Positions 1 through 12,215 of a DNA stretch of 64,000 bases are shown one piece after another. The notes beneath the pieces are model-generated. The model searched no databases. It was not told the DNA's origin and saw nothing but the letters and a program-made list of their open reading frames with translations. The stretch's first letter is position 1; every line of letters begins with the position of its first letter. Position numbers and translations under genes: made by a program. This stretch comes from Octopus sinensis (lineage: Eukaryota), in the NCBI RefSeq assembly GCF_006345805.1, contig NW_021833450.1, positions 9,491-73,490 on the forward strand, in the 5' to 3' direction.

Positions 1-268
1 GTGCTTCCACAATAATAAATGCACCCTTTTAAAGCCTAGCCAGACTCATGGGCCCGGTTTCCCGGTTTCCATGGCGTATGTGTTCCCCAGCTGCATGGGA
101 CGCCAGTCCATCGCAGCGTTACTCATTTGTGCCAGCTGAGTAGACTGGAGCAACGTGAAATGAAGTGTTTTGCTCAAGAACACAACGTTTCGCCCGGTCA
201 AGGAATCGAAACCACAACCTTACGATCATGATGCTGACACCCTAACCACTAAGCCACGCGCCTCCACT
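1..268 (-). mobile_element. tRNA-derived SINE (octopus OR/OK-type), interrupting the R4/Dong LINE to its right
   Basis: Minus strand begins GTGGAGGCGCGTGGCTTAGTGGTTAGG (A box) ... GGTTTCGATTCC (B box), followed by a SINE body; it abuts the LINE RT just after YMDDLKLYA. Confidence 0.75.
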
Positions 269-271
269 AGC

Positions 272-2730
272 CACAAGCCTCCACATTGTAGCGTATAGTT
301 TTAGGTCATCCATATATAAAAGATGGCTGATTGTTTTGCCGTAACATTTGTATCTGCATCCAGTTCTATTTAGCATGTCAGATAGAGGTGTCAGTGCCAA
401 GCAGAAAAGGAGTGAGGAAAGCGTGTCTCTCCGGAATATTCCTCTTCTAATGGGAATGGCTTTAGTTTTCACGAGTCCTTCTTTTGTTTGGAGCTGTAGC
501 ACTGTCTGCCATTTATTCATAGAGCGTCTTATGTATTTTATAATTATTGGTGCTACCTTGTTCATGGCTAGTGTTTTGAGGATCCATGTGTGGGGAATAC
601 TATCAAACGCATTTCGGTAGTCGATCCAGGCAATACTGAGGCCTTTCTTCTTTCTGCGGCAGTCTTCAGTTATGGTTTTGTTGATCATTAATTGATCTTT
701 ACAGCTGTATGAGCCCTTGCAGCATCCCTTCTACTCTTCTGGAAACAGGTTGTTTTCTTCTAGATGTTTGCTCAATCTTTGCGATATTACTTCAGTAAAG
801 GCTTTGTACATTGTAGGGAGACAGGTTATAGGTCTGTAGTTTTGTGGGTTTGCCGTTTCAGTAGATTTGAGAATTAGGATATATTTCCATTTCATGAGCC
901 ATTCAGGCATTGTCTCTGGCTCTGCTAGTATGTCATTAAAGTTTTCAGCCAGCTTTTTGCGTGTACCTGTAAGATATTTTAACCAGAAGTTGGAGATCTT
1001 GTCGTGCCCAGGTGCCTTCCAGTTGCTTAGTCTTTGCAGTGCCTGGGTGACCTCTTCAATTGTTATTGGGGGCCAGAGTTGCTCAGGTGGTATGTTCGTT
1101 GTTTAATTAGTCCTTTTCTGAGGTTGTTCATTCGCCGACCATATTTCTTTCCAAAATCCTTCCACATCTTCTGCTGTTGGTGCTGCATTGATGCTTGTTT
1201 TATTTTTGACAAGTTCTTGGTAGAATTTTTGGGGGTTGGAGTTGAACTGTTTGTTTTGTTCAAAGAAACGTTGGCGTTTCCCATACCGGTGGATCATTTG
1301 TGCTTTTGCAAGTATATCTTGCTTTAGCTTTTCTTTTACCTCAGGTAAATCTTCTTCTGTAATGTATTTGCACAGTATTTTTGTTTTCTTCTTGTTACTT
1401 AGTAGTTTTGATTGTCTACTAATTTCGTTAACAATCGACAAATACTTTTTATGGATATTATTTATCCACAGGGTTTGTTTGGGTGGTCGTACTCCTGTTT
1501 GGATGGGTTTGAGGGAGCATCCAGCTCCTTTCGTGCGTGCAGTGGCTTCTACATATATTATGTCATTTAGCTCAGTGATATTGCCATTTGTTTCTGTGGC
1601 TATTAGTTCCGTAACGGCCAGGGTTATGCTTTTTATTATTGATGTGTTATTGTCTATTTTGATTTTTGGTATAGTCAGTGGTGCATTCTGAGATCTGTGG
1701 TTTTAAGTTCTTTGATTATTCTCATCTTTATAGTATCATAATCATTAGGTTCCCCTTCGTTGTTTCCCGGCTTTAGATTTGCTTCGCCTTCCTTCTCATT
1801 CATATGTTTGCCTGCGGTGTTCTGGATTGGTACTTTTTGTACATTATTATACATCCCTACGGTTCGGGTTTGTTGTTTTTTGTTTACTTCGCTTTTGCTG
1901 GAAATGTTACGTTTGTCTTCGTGTTTTACTATCTCAGTGTCTATACTATTTGGCATTGTTATGTGGCTACTATCTACATTTTCCTGGTGTATTTTCCTTT
2001 CAAGTGTTCTATTTCTATTTCTGATATATTTTTCCGTATGAGAATATATCTTCGTATGTTAACTAGTTTATTAGGGTTCATTGCTGTATCCAAGTCTTTA
2101 TTTAGGTTATTTTTCTTCCATATTTATATGTATATGTTGTGTTGCTTTCTTTCTTTGAGTAGAGGACTGCTGTAAAATAAGCATGTAGGATTGAAATATA
2201 TTCCTCACGTGTCCGTTTATGCCCTTTCGGTTTTATTTGCGGGACATGAGAAACAATGTCCGGCGCTTTATTTTGACGGTCATCATTTTCGTAGGGTACC
2301 GGTCCGGTCATTTCTGATGTCAAATAGTTTTGCACGTGTAGTTTTTCGTACTTTTTGTGTAACAAGTTTAAAGTACGTACTTCCGCATTGTTATTCATGG
2401 GTTCAATAAGACCGGTATTATTTAATTTATTTGTAATTTTTTTGTACATGATGTTTGGGGCCGGAGTTGGTCTGGTGTTCATGGATCGTAATGTATCAAG
2501 CGTGTTTACATGTGCTGTGCGACAGTGGAGATGATATCCAGTTAAAATACATCATTTCATTTGGAAAATAGAAATAAATTTCAGTGAGTATTACTTATTC
2601 GGATATAGTCCAACACTTTGTCAGCTATTTTTTGTTCCATGTGATGTCTTCATTTCCGATGATTTTGGATAAATTTTAGAGCAGTGTTTTATCGCTCTCA
2701 TATGTTAAACATCCCCGGTGCCTTCCTGTC
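272..2730 (-). mobile_element. R4/Dong-clade RLE-type non-LTR retrotransposon, 5' half, frameshifted
   Basis: ORF track 242-688 shows RT motifs AWIDYRNAFDSIPH, RGIFRRDTLSSLLFC and YMDDLKLY; upstream RPITCLPTMYK and the N-terminal region are clearly homologous to the copy at 32088-36067; 5' end carries the CACCGGGGA motif seen at 36000-36067. Confidence 0.9.
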
Positions 2731-3730
2731 TTCTTTCTTCTCTTCTTCTTCTTCTTCTTCTTTTTCTTCTTCTTTTTCTCTTCTTCTTATTCTTCTTCTT
2801 CCTCTTCTTCCTTTCTTCTTATTTTTTCTTCTTCTTCTTCTTTACTTACTTTCTTCTTCTTCTTCTCTTTTCCTTTTTACTTCTATTTCTTCTTCCTTTT
2901 TACTCTATACTTCTTCTTCCTTTTCTACTTTATACTTCTTCTTCCTTTTCTACCTCTACTTCTTCTTCCTTTTCTTATTCTTCTCTTTCTTCTTATTTCT
3001 TCTTCTTTTCCATTTCTTCTTCTTCTTATTCTTCTTCTTCTTATTATTCCATTCTTCCTATTCTACTTCTTTTCTTATTCTTTCTTATTCCTTTTCTTAT
3101 TCTTCTCTTCTTCCATTCTTCTATTCTTCTTTTTTCTTCTACTTCTTCTTCTTCCATTTCTTCCTCCTCTTTCTTCTTGGCCTTTTCTCTTCTCTTCTTC
3201 TTCTTCTTCTTCCTTTTCTTCTTCTTCCTTTTCTTCTTCCTTCTCTTCTTCTTTTCTTCTTCTTCTTATTTTTCTTCTTCGTCTTCTTCTTCCTTTTCTT
3301 CTTCTTCTTCTTTCTATTCTTCTTCCTTTTCTTCTTCTTCTTCTTTTCTCTTTTTCTTCTGCTTCTTCCTTTTCTTCTTCTGCCTTTTTTTCTTCTTCTT
3401 TTCTTCTTCTTCCTTTTCTTCTTTTTTTCCTTTTTCTTCTTTTTCTCCTCTTTCTTCTTCTTCTTCTTCTTCTTCCTTTCTTCCCCTTCTTCTCTATATT
3501 CTCCTCGTCTCTACTTCCTCTCCTGATACTCCTCCTGCTTCCTCCTGCTCTTCCTCCTCCACTCGTCCTCCTCATCCTCCTCCTCCTGTTCCTACTTCTC
3601 CTCCTTCTCCACTTCCTCTCTACCTCTCCCCTCCTCCTCCTCCTTTTTCTTCTTCTTCTTTTTCTCCTCCTTCTCTCCTCATCCTCCCTTCCCCTCCCCC
3701 TCTTTTCCTCCTTTTTCTTCTTCTTTTTTC
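2730..3730. repeat. ~1 kb degenerate (TTC)n/(TCC)n polypyrimidine tract
   Basis: Almost pure C/T on the + strand; source of the spurious poly-F/L/S ORFs. Confidence 0.95.
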
Positions 3731-3885
3731 TTCGCTAAATATTTTTCATTACCGAAAGTAATTAATATAGTACTAAATTTTCATTAATCCGAAATAATAA
3801 AACACTTCACTATAACCGCGTCTCCCCTCATGTTTACGAAAATGAAAAGAAGAAAAAAATTCATTTATCCATTTTCTCTTTTCAG

Positions 3886-4113
3886 GAAAATGCCCCTTGG
3901 ATATTGTTAACAGGGTTTATCTCCCTAGTAACAATGTTATTGGATACAATCATATTAATTATACGACGTGTTTATATCATTGTGAAACACACTCATATTG
4001 TCAGTCGACTGACTTCGAAGTCGGTAATCGAAGATGCTATTTGTCAAATAAAAAGCATTCTGATATTGTTTTGAAGCTTGGGACAGGCAACATTTACACT
4101 GAATTAAACAGAG
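3886..4113 (+). CDS. PAN/Apple-domain exon of the plus-strand PAN gene copy (phase 1-1, 228 nt)
   Basis: Acceptor ttttctcttttcag|GA, donor AGAG|gtaagt; translates KCPLDIVNRVYLPSNNVIGYNHINYTTCLYHCETHSYCQSTDFEVGNRRCYLSNKKHSDIVLKLGTGNIYTELNR with PAN Cys spacing C-x3-C-x5-C-x11-C; a paralogous exon at 28790-29020 has identical splice positions. Confidence 0.85.
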
Positions 4114-4343
4114 GTAAGTGCAAAGCTCTTTCATGTTTTGTTGGACTTTTAGCCACAGTCTATTTGGACGATACTGAGGCTCCACCTTTAGCTGTTATGT
4201 TATCCCAATAATTTCTTTTAACCTTTATTGAGTGGTTGAGTCCAAGTTTGGCTTTAAGTGATGTAAAAATACTGATGGATTAAGTAAGTACCAAACTACT
4301 GCTCATTCATTCATTCATTCATTCATACATACATACAACATAC

Positions 4344-4382
<39 letters not shown>

Positions 4383-4467
4383 AACATATTGTATATATAT
4401 TACATATATACATAAATACATATATAATTACATACATACATACATATATATATACATATATATATAC

Positions 4468-7320
4468 ACTAGCATTATGACCCGGCAACGCCTGGTCATA
4501 GTGCTAGTTTGGTATAAATTTGTGAAATTAAAAATTTGGGGTAATAAAATATACAATGACATATTAAAAAAGACGAATTAAAATTCCAGAGAAAAATACA
4601 TAGAAGATAAATAGACAAATTTACAAAAATGCATAAAAGTTCATCTACGGGCCGTTTCGGAGATGCACCAATTAATATGAAACATATCATATATTTAAAA
4701 TTGACACTCCCCTCGTCAGGATGTATTTTACACACAACACATCGTTTCTTCATTACTCATAAAGGGCTACACAGAGGAGACAATACAAACATTGAGAACA
4801 TGAAACATCACAATTACATAAATATGGAAAATGGAATATGAAAATGATAAATGAAAAATGAAAGTGATGCTAACGGCCCCATCCGCTAGCATCACTTACC
4901 TGTCCTTTATCCTGAATGTAATACACATCGTGCTCTATTTTCATCGCAAATCTCTTTTCCATTTCCGTTATTATCTCGTCATCTATTTCAAATCTAAACA
5001 ATTTATAGTTTTTCTTTTTACATTTTTCCACGAATTCTTCTATACGTTCTTCCGAGATTACAGCGTACCTATCACTGTCCTTGTCACACCAGTGATAGTC
5101 TTTCAATATTTCTTTTACGTCGAAATACCTAGAAATTTGGGCCCAGGTTTTTTTGCGGTATCTTGTCTATTTGCTTCTTTTTTTTTGTTTTCTTGTTGGT
5201 GGGGAGCGGGTGGGTTCACTGTCTGCAGGAGAAGGGTGGGTCTCAGAGGGTGCGGGTTGTGTTGGGGTGGATTGGGGTTCAGCACTATTTATTTTTCTTC
5301 CTTCTTCTCTCCCTCCTTCTTCTGCCTTCTTCCCATTCTTTCTGTACCTCCTCCTCTTCCGTTGTGTCTTTCTTCGTTGATTTCTACTTATCCTCGTTGG
5401 CCACTACCTCTCTTTGAGGTTCCGCATCAATTTCCTTTGATGGGGGAGGGCAGTAGCTCTTATGTGACCTTTCAGGCCACACTTGTAGCAGCGTGGAGCT
5501 CTGCCCTCCACCCACACTCTCATAATAACATTCCCATTCTGATATTCTCAGTCAATTGTTCCAATATTTCAGCCTCTGCTTGCACGTTAGTTCCAAAACT
5601 GCACCCTTCCAGCCTTCATCTTTCACTGTAGCATGGAAGATGTCAACTTCTTCCTCACATCCACTGATTACGGCTGCCACTATCCACTCTCCGTCAACAT
5701 TAGGAGGTATCCTCTCCGCCTTGATCCGAGTAGTTTTTCTACCCAGATATGAGGGCAGAAGGAACACCTTTTCTGTCTTCACTGTTCTCGTTGCCATTTT
5801 CCTCGCCACACTTTCATTCTTCAATTGGACCACCACGGTACCGAAATTTATGCCTCTTGCCAAGAATATTATGTCTTCCGTTCTTTTTAATGCTTCTACT
5901 ATTGTCTCGATACTGACGACTTCTATTTTCTTTTTTTCATTGGCATAAACCCGGTACGTGATGGTCCTTCGTTCATGCTACTCACTTCGTTTTGGTGGCG
6001 GTGACAACTCCACTTCACCGCCGACCTTTTTAATAAATGCCTGGTAGCTTGGCAACTTGGCCAAGACTATTTCTCTTTCCTCCGTTCTTGTCGCTCCTGC
6101 GTATGTGTAGCCTAATTGCTTGTCCATTTTCTTTATCGCCTTTTCAAGTTCTTCTTCAGAAGTCGATAAATCTGACACACTTTCGAACATACTTCGTCTG
6201 GCCATCTCTCCATTAGGGAGGAGCAGCCCACTTCTTCCTTGTCTGTCTCAACACAGACAGACAAAAACCCCCAAAACCATGTAACAATAACGTTTAACGA
6301 TAAAAATTAACAATCAACAATAAAACAGCAACTCACAGGTTCAAATAAGAAGCACAATAACACACAACACATAGTACACGGAAACAAATGCACAATTACA
6401 TACCTGCTACATGCGAAAGACCAGACATTACGTACTCCCCAAAATTCTCATAGATACTGAATGCTACTTTATAAGCATATAATTAAATCTAGCAGCTATA
6501 GTAAGTGGTATGCGCACAGCTCCAACTGGACTAATTCACTTCTGCACTCAATTAAATTTTTCATATTTTAATTTCTCCCATTCATGCAAAGCCACATATT
6601 CGAGTTCAATTCCTTCATACATCTTATATTAATTGCTATTTTTTCTTTTAATTGTTATATATTTTTAATAAAATATATATTTTTAATAAAATAAAATATA
6701 TTTAATTACTACTTACTATATTTACTATATTTAATTCAATTGTTATTATTACCTCTAACTTTTATTGCAATTTTTATTTCTAAATTTCTTATGGAACGTC
6801 GAGTGGATCTTATGCGTACAATATATTTTTATATGATGTTTATATATTTTAGATATTACTACATATTAAAACGTCGGGCTTATGTCTGTTCTGTAGATAT
6901 AAATGAATATATGAATATATGTATGTGTTTGATCTATCTGTGGATTTTGTAGTGCTCTTGGTTGCTGCTCGCATTGCCTCCCCTCGGATTAAAAAGTGTA
7001 TACAGCTCATTTGAACACTGCTATTCCAGTCTGTTATATATTTTGAGCGTTGTTGTCACTAACGATCTCAAGATATAACTTATATTTTGTAATATATATA
7101 TATATATATATATATATAACACCCATATACATACAAAGAGATATATGTTTTTGTTTCACTTTTAACACGTAATACTGAAATAGTGGAGAAGATATGATAT
7201 TGCTGTGGGCTCGCTCTAGGCAAGAAGCAAGGCATGTGTAAAATTTGAATGAAATTGGTGGTGTAGTTCTCAAGTTTTAGGGAAACACACAGACAGACAC
7301 ACATTCTCAGTTTTTATATA
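4468..7320 (-). mobile_element. Composite element: hairpin-ended Helentron/HINE-like shell containing a decayed gag-like (CCHC zinc knuckle) ORF1 and a hammerhead motif
   Basis: Terminal hairpin ACTAGCATTATGACC-x11-GGTCATAGTGCTAGT (4468-4508); minus-strand ORF pieces 6205-4870 incl. VWVEGRAPRCYKCGLKGHIRA(frameshift)CP; right end TGTTTTTGTTTCACTTTTAACACGTAA...ACACACAGACAGACACACATTCTCAGTTTT; second related copy at 13465-14810. Confidence 0.65.
4642..4723 (-). ncRNA. Type I minimal hammerhead ribozyme motif
   Basis: Minus strand: CATC-CTGACGA-GGGGA...TCTCC-GAAAC-GGCCC-GTA-GATG. Complete core, 4-bp stem I, 5-bp base of stem II, 2-bp stem III, GUA cleavage triplet. Confidence 0.7.
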
Positions 7321-7329
<9 letters not shown>

Positions 7330-7360
<31 letters not shown>

Positions 7361-7377
7361 TAATAATAATAATAATA
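7330..7377. repeat. (TAA)n microsatellite
   Basis: Direct read of the sequence. Confidence 0.95.
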
Positions 7378-8420
7378 GGGAGGGAGTAAATCCAAACTTA
7401 CAGGGAAAAAATTAGATTAGGATTAAATCCAATTTTACAGTATAAATATATATATTTATATCAAATTAGAGATAAATATATTCGTAGTATTTATTTGATA
7501 CTATATAACTACGGATTGATTATTTCATTAAGTGTTTTATTATTTCATTTTAGTTTCTTAACTATACGATTTTTGAAAGTTATTAGTTCGCCAACGAGAT
7601 GTATGGATCGTTAATTAGTTATAGCGTTCTTTTAAGATTGTTTGTTTGTTTACAATTATCTATTTCATCTATAATCTTTTAATATTTTTATAAGTAATAA
7701 TGAATAATTAATTTATTAAGTCTTTATTATACGTGAATACATATTTATTGATAGAGATAATTTTAGATCTTAATTCTTATATTTATATACATTTATATAT
7801 TTTCATTGATAATTTAGTTAGTATTCAATATTATATAATTATTTGACTTGAAATTATATTTAATAATATGAATAGTCATTTTTTTTTACAATATTTATGT
7901 AATTAGATATTGACTATAACTGAGATTAGATTATTTGTGGGTTTCTTACCTTAAAAATTAATACTTAAAAATTAATATTTAACATTATAATCGATGTATG
8001 AATATAATCAATCGTTAATGTTCTAGTTTGATAATAGAGTTTTTTATAAGAAAAATTATTATTTATTTATTTCTTTAAAAATATTGTTAAATGTTTGATT
8101 ATTTATTAAATATTATAATTAACCTGAAGATTGACTATAACCATAATTCGAATTATTAATTGAATTTAAATTATTGTTATTCGAATTAGATTATGGGCAG
8201 GAAACGATCGTAGTGGTTTTACTCTTTATCTTATATTAAACTTTTAATTCGTTTTGATAGTTATATTTATTAAAAAAATAATAATAAAAATAAAAATAAT
8301 ATATATATAAATTCATAAGTATAAATTAATAATTAAATATTTTTAAAATTTTAACTTTAAATTTAAATTTAAATAATTTAAATTTTGAATTTATATTTTG
8401 TATATTTGTATTATATTAAT
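7378..8420 (+). mobile_element. Very AT-rich interspersed repeat carrying a hammerhead-like motif (probable Penelope-like or retrozyme derivative)
   Basis: Starts right after (TAA)n, no convincing ORF, contains CTGAAGA...GAAACGATCGTA at 8124-8212. Family assignment is inference. Confidence 0.45.
8121..8215 (+). ncRNA. Type I hammerhead ribozyme motif, weakened stem I
   Basis: CTGAAGA (8124-8130); long stem II TTGACTATAA/TTATGGGCAG plus TAATTCGAAT/ATTCGAATTA; GAAAC-GATC-GTA (8201-8212) with palindromic ACGATCGT; stem I only 2 bp. Confidence 0.55.
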
Positions 8421-8498
8421 TAATTTATTTCTATTATTGGTTTATGTTTCACTGTTGATTTGCCTAATAGTGGGTTTATCTCTAATTTATATAAAATA

Positions 8499-8545
<47 letters not shown>

Positions 8546-8599
8546 TATTATATTATTAGTGTGTGTGGTGTGTGTGTGTGTGTGTGTTGTGTGTGTGTA

Positions 8600-9382
8600 C
8601 AACGTGTCCCAAAAGTCACTATACACTTCTTTTTTTCTATTTCGTTTCAGGTATCATTCGGAGAGTCATGTGACCATCAACATTTAACACCTTAGGCTTT
8701 GCAGTTATTTAAGTGTATCATTCCCTTGCCCATGGCACACCATACCATCAGCTTCGAAGAGTCTCGTTCGTGTTCGAGAATTTCTGCTGGTTTTGATTTT
8801 CCCCAAATTCGACAATTGCGTTGGTTTACCCGATCAGAGAGATGAAAGATAGACTCATCGCTGAACCACACGTTTTCCAAGAACTGAGAGTCATTTTGGT
8901 AATTGTAGAGGAGTGATTGACACATTTCCACACCATGAACATCATGATCTTCCACTTGAAGTCTTTGAAGAACCCAATGTCGGTACGGATAGAGCTTTAT
9001 CACTCTCTGAAGCATCTACTGAATCAAGCTTTTGTGATAGTAAGTTCCAGCGCAGTCCTTCGTGGTTGTCAAGAACAGATCCTCTTTCGAGAAACTTGCT
9101 ACGGATAGCATAATTGTGCTACGCGTTGGAGCTGTGTGACGGCCATGAACCCTGTCAAACTTGCGAGATGAAATGCAGTAGGGGGACTGAAAAACTTCCT
9201 GCCTGGCGGGAATTTTGAAACGTTGCTCTAACGTCAGACGGCGAGCCATGGGCAAGGGAATGATACACTTACAAAAACTGTAAGACCTAAGGTGTCAAAT
9301 ACTGATGGCCTCACGTCTCTCCAAATGATACCCGAAACGAAATAGAAAAAAGAAAGCGTATAGTGACTTTTGGGACACCCTG
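8600..9382 (-). mobile_element. Tc1/mariner-superfamily (maT/DUF4817-like) DNA transposon, internally deleted
   Basis: ~65-bp TIRs (CAACGTGTCCCAAAAGTCACTATAC.../...GTATAGTGACTTTTGGGACACCCTG) flanked by TA; minus-strand MARRLTLEQRFK... and VWFSDESIFHLSDRVNQRNCRIWG; the C-terminal catalytic part is missing. Confidence 0.85.
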
Positions 9383-9384
9383 TA

Positions 9385-9395
9385 AATATATATAT

Positions 9396-9451
<56 letters not shown>

Positions 9452-9575
9452 GTATATATATATATACTACATACATACATACATACATACATACATACAT
9501 ACATACATACATACATACATCAAAGACATGCATGTATACGTACGAACATTATGTATGTATGCATGTATGTATGTA
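9385..9575. repeat. (TA)n/(TACA)n microsatellites
   Basis: Direct read. Confidence 0.95.
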
Positions 9576-11933
9576 CCGTATTTGCCGGCAGATTGGACGC
9601 GCTTTTCTTATTTTTAAATGTATCAAATGCGTCTAATGTGGCCACATTACGGAAGGGAGGCCGAGCGCCGTAGGCTAGGGAGCAGGGACGAGCGTACTTG
9701 GAAGTTCTCTTGGCGCAAAAACTGTTGCTCTAATAGAATAATCAGAACAAGCCAAATCATTACAGTAAATTGTGTTACTAATAATAAAATGTTGAAACAA
9801 GCCGAATTATCACAGTCTGTTATCACAAACTTACGAAAGATTGATTACGATACGCTGTCATCACCTCACTTACCTCGTTCCCCAACATCTGATATATAAA
9901 TACATTATTTAAAGAACTAGGTTACATTTTATGAACATTTCTTCTTATCTAAATGAAAAATGCTCCTAGAAAGTTGAATGGAATGTTAAACTTTCATCCA
10001 CCTGGCAGCCATTTGCAATGATCAGACCTGATCATATGTCGGAGGCATCGCTTGTACAACAGCGCCTCTTCTTGTTGTGTTCCATTCTTGGTCATTCATT
10101 TGTGTTTGGTTCTTTAGTCTTTTTTCCCTTATTTTCCAATTTGTGGTCTGTCGCGGTAACACAAAGCATCACATCCAGAAATACGAGTTTCACATCCTGT
10201 ATAGCATTTGCTGTTTCCCAAAATATAAACAACTATACAGCTGATCTGAGAGGAGGCAAGAGTTGGGGCAAGGTTCCCATAACGTATCGGTAAGTTGACT
10301 TACGATCAATTTCGCACAGATTGCAACACATGGCTGAGAAACTAGATGTCGTAGCAAACGCAAAGGACCACGGTAATAGGGCAGCCTGCTCGGTATTTTG
10401 GTCTACCACCGACCGACAAAATGCTAAGACTTGGCGGAGGAAACAGGAAGAGTAGCTAAAAGCTGCTAAACGTATCAAACACTGCCTCCGTAGGGGATTC
10501 ATAAAGTGGTCTGAACTAGAAGAAGAATTAAAAACATGAGGTTTAGACCAAAGAAGATCGAGCTTTTTCATCCCACTAAAATGGTTATGCACCGTTCAAG
10601 ACTTATAGCAATGGACTGAGATATCAACGATTTTAAAGGGTAAACATCACGGTTGTCCCATATTTATGGGGAGAAATAAAAATGTTCCCTGAATACGAAA
10701 ATTAAATACATAAGTTTCATAGGTACCACATCTGTGCAAGAAAACAAATTAATTTTGGACTTTCACACAGATAGTAAATATGGTCGAAGTCTTTGACATT
10801 TGATGTGCCATCAAACAAGGCAGTAGAACCCAAGGGTGCTAAAACTCTGACTGTTAAAACATGTGGCCATGAAAAGACACGCTACACAGTTGTATCATCA
10901 TACTGCGCTGATGGCACAAAACTTTCATCTTTTTTAATTTTTAAAGGAAAGACATAGCCTAAAAAAAGGATATCCAATGGCATTTATGTTCTTGTCCACC
11001 CAAAAAGATCGGAAGGATGAGGGAGGAATGAAATCATGACTTGACAAAGAGTGGTCCAGGCGTCCTGGTGGACTATTAAAGAAACCCGCTTTATTAGTTT
11101 GAGACCAGTTTCGGGCTTATAGAACTGAGCTTGTTAAGAGGAAACTTGGAGAACTGAAGACTCAGTTAGCTATAATCCCAGCCTAACCTGCTATAATTCC
11201 GGGACGCCTAACCAGCGGTAATTCCGGAAGGCCTAACCAGTCTTTAAATGTTTCACTCAATAAACCATCTAAAAGATTCCTTCGGGTGGGGTGGAGCAAG
11301 TGGACGCAGTCTTCAGATTTTGAAGTAACACGAACAGGAAGAAGGAAGAGGCATACTATATTGCACAGGTGTGTGATTGGGTAAAAAGTTCATGGAATGC
11401 TGTAAAAGAAGAGGATGCTGTGAAACCATTTAAAAAAAACTGGTATTAGTAATGCCCTTGATGGTATTATTTGAAGAATATATCGCTGATACAGACCCTT
11501 TTGCAGAGAATTCTAGTGATGAAGAGAGTACCGGTAATATTGATGGCAGCAGTAAGAACGAGAAACTTTAACTATCAATAAGAATTTATCCCTTTTATTG
11601 CACTTCGCTGATTGGTTTCTCCCAGTTTTTATCTGTATATTTGCTTTTTGTTTGCATAGACCAGGTTTCATTAATACCAACATTCTCTTTCGCTATGGCA
11701 AATTAATTTTGTTTCCTTTAAAGGTGAGTGTAAAGCTACATATGACTTCATATTTTATTCCTCTGTACTGTCACATTATTGTATTTCATGCGCAGAATCA
11801 TACAATTGTCACCACAAAACAACTTTCAATAAATCCATGATGAAACATACTAAAATTGTTTTTTCCGCAAAATATCCTTGTAAAATAAGGATGAGTCTTA
11901 TGTGAGGGTGCATCCAATGCGCTGGCAAATATT
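9576..11933 (+). mobile_element. pogo-family (POGK-like) DNA transposon, decayed, with both TIRs
   Basis: TA|CCGTATTTGCCGGC left TIR with a degenerate right TIR GCGCTGGCAAATA; transposase remnants LDVVANAKDHGNRAA (Brinker-type HTH) and LTFDVPSNKAVEPKGAKTLTVKTCGHEKTRYTVV (DDE_1 region), with stops and frameshifts. Confidence 0.8.
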
Positions 11934-12128
11934 ACACACACACACACACACACATGGTATTAGTAATTAAATTTCATAGACGGACTTTATAAATATTTTA
12001 ATGCAGCGCTACGCGAGTTTCCACAAATCACGTATTTCTTGTGATCACAGTCCGTATTCCGGAGATGATTACGGTACAATCCGTGGATCATAGTTTCTGC
12101 GTTCTTACATCATTTTTTTCCATTTCAG

Positions 12129-12215
12129 AACTTTTGAATAATTTCAGTCAGTCACATACATTGAAGGACATCAGCTCCGTAGGATGTGCTTTCGGCTCCT
12201 ATTATTTCGTTAATA
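12129..12215 (+). CDS. Short linker exon of the plus-strand PAN gene (phase 1-1, 87 nt)
   Basis: ttccatttcag|AA ... AAT A|gtaaga; LLNNFSQSHTLKDISSVGCAFGSYYFVN; the paralog at 23647-23742 keeps splice sites and frame despite a 9-nt indel. Confidence 0.75.

Noticed and set aside
2684-3761. Long ORFs rich in F/S/L or R/K/E
   Set aside because: Translations of the (TTC)n tract. The same applies to poly-I/Y/M/H and YV/CM/HT ORFs at 31.4-32.1, 44.3-48.1, 50.6-53.2 and 58.6-59.5 kb.
7378-8420. Mitochondrial control-region NUMT
   Set aside because: Only AT-richness supports it; no flanking mt tRNA or gene sequence, and it carries a hammerhead-like motif and a (TAA)n junction typical of a nuclear repeat.
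11165-11240. Novel short tandem repeat (TAATTCCGG..GCCTAACC x3)
   Set aside because: Local duplication of the IIPGGLT motif inside the dead pogo transposase.
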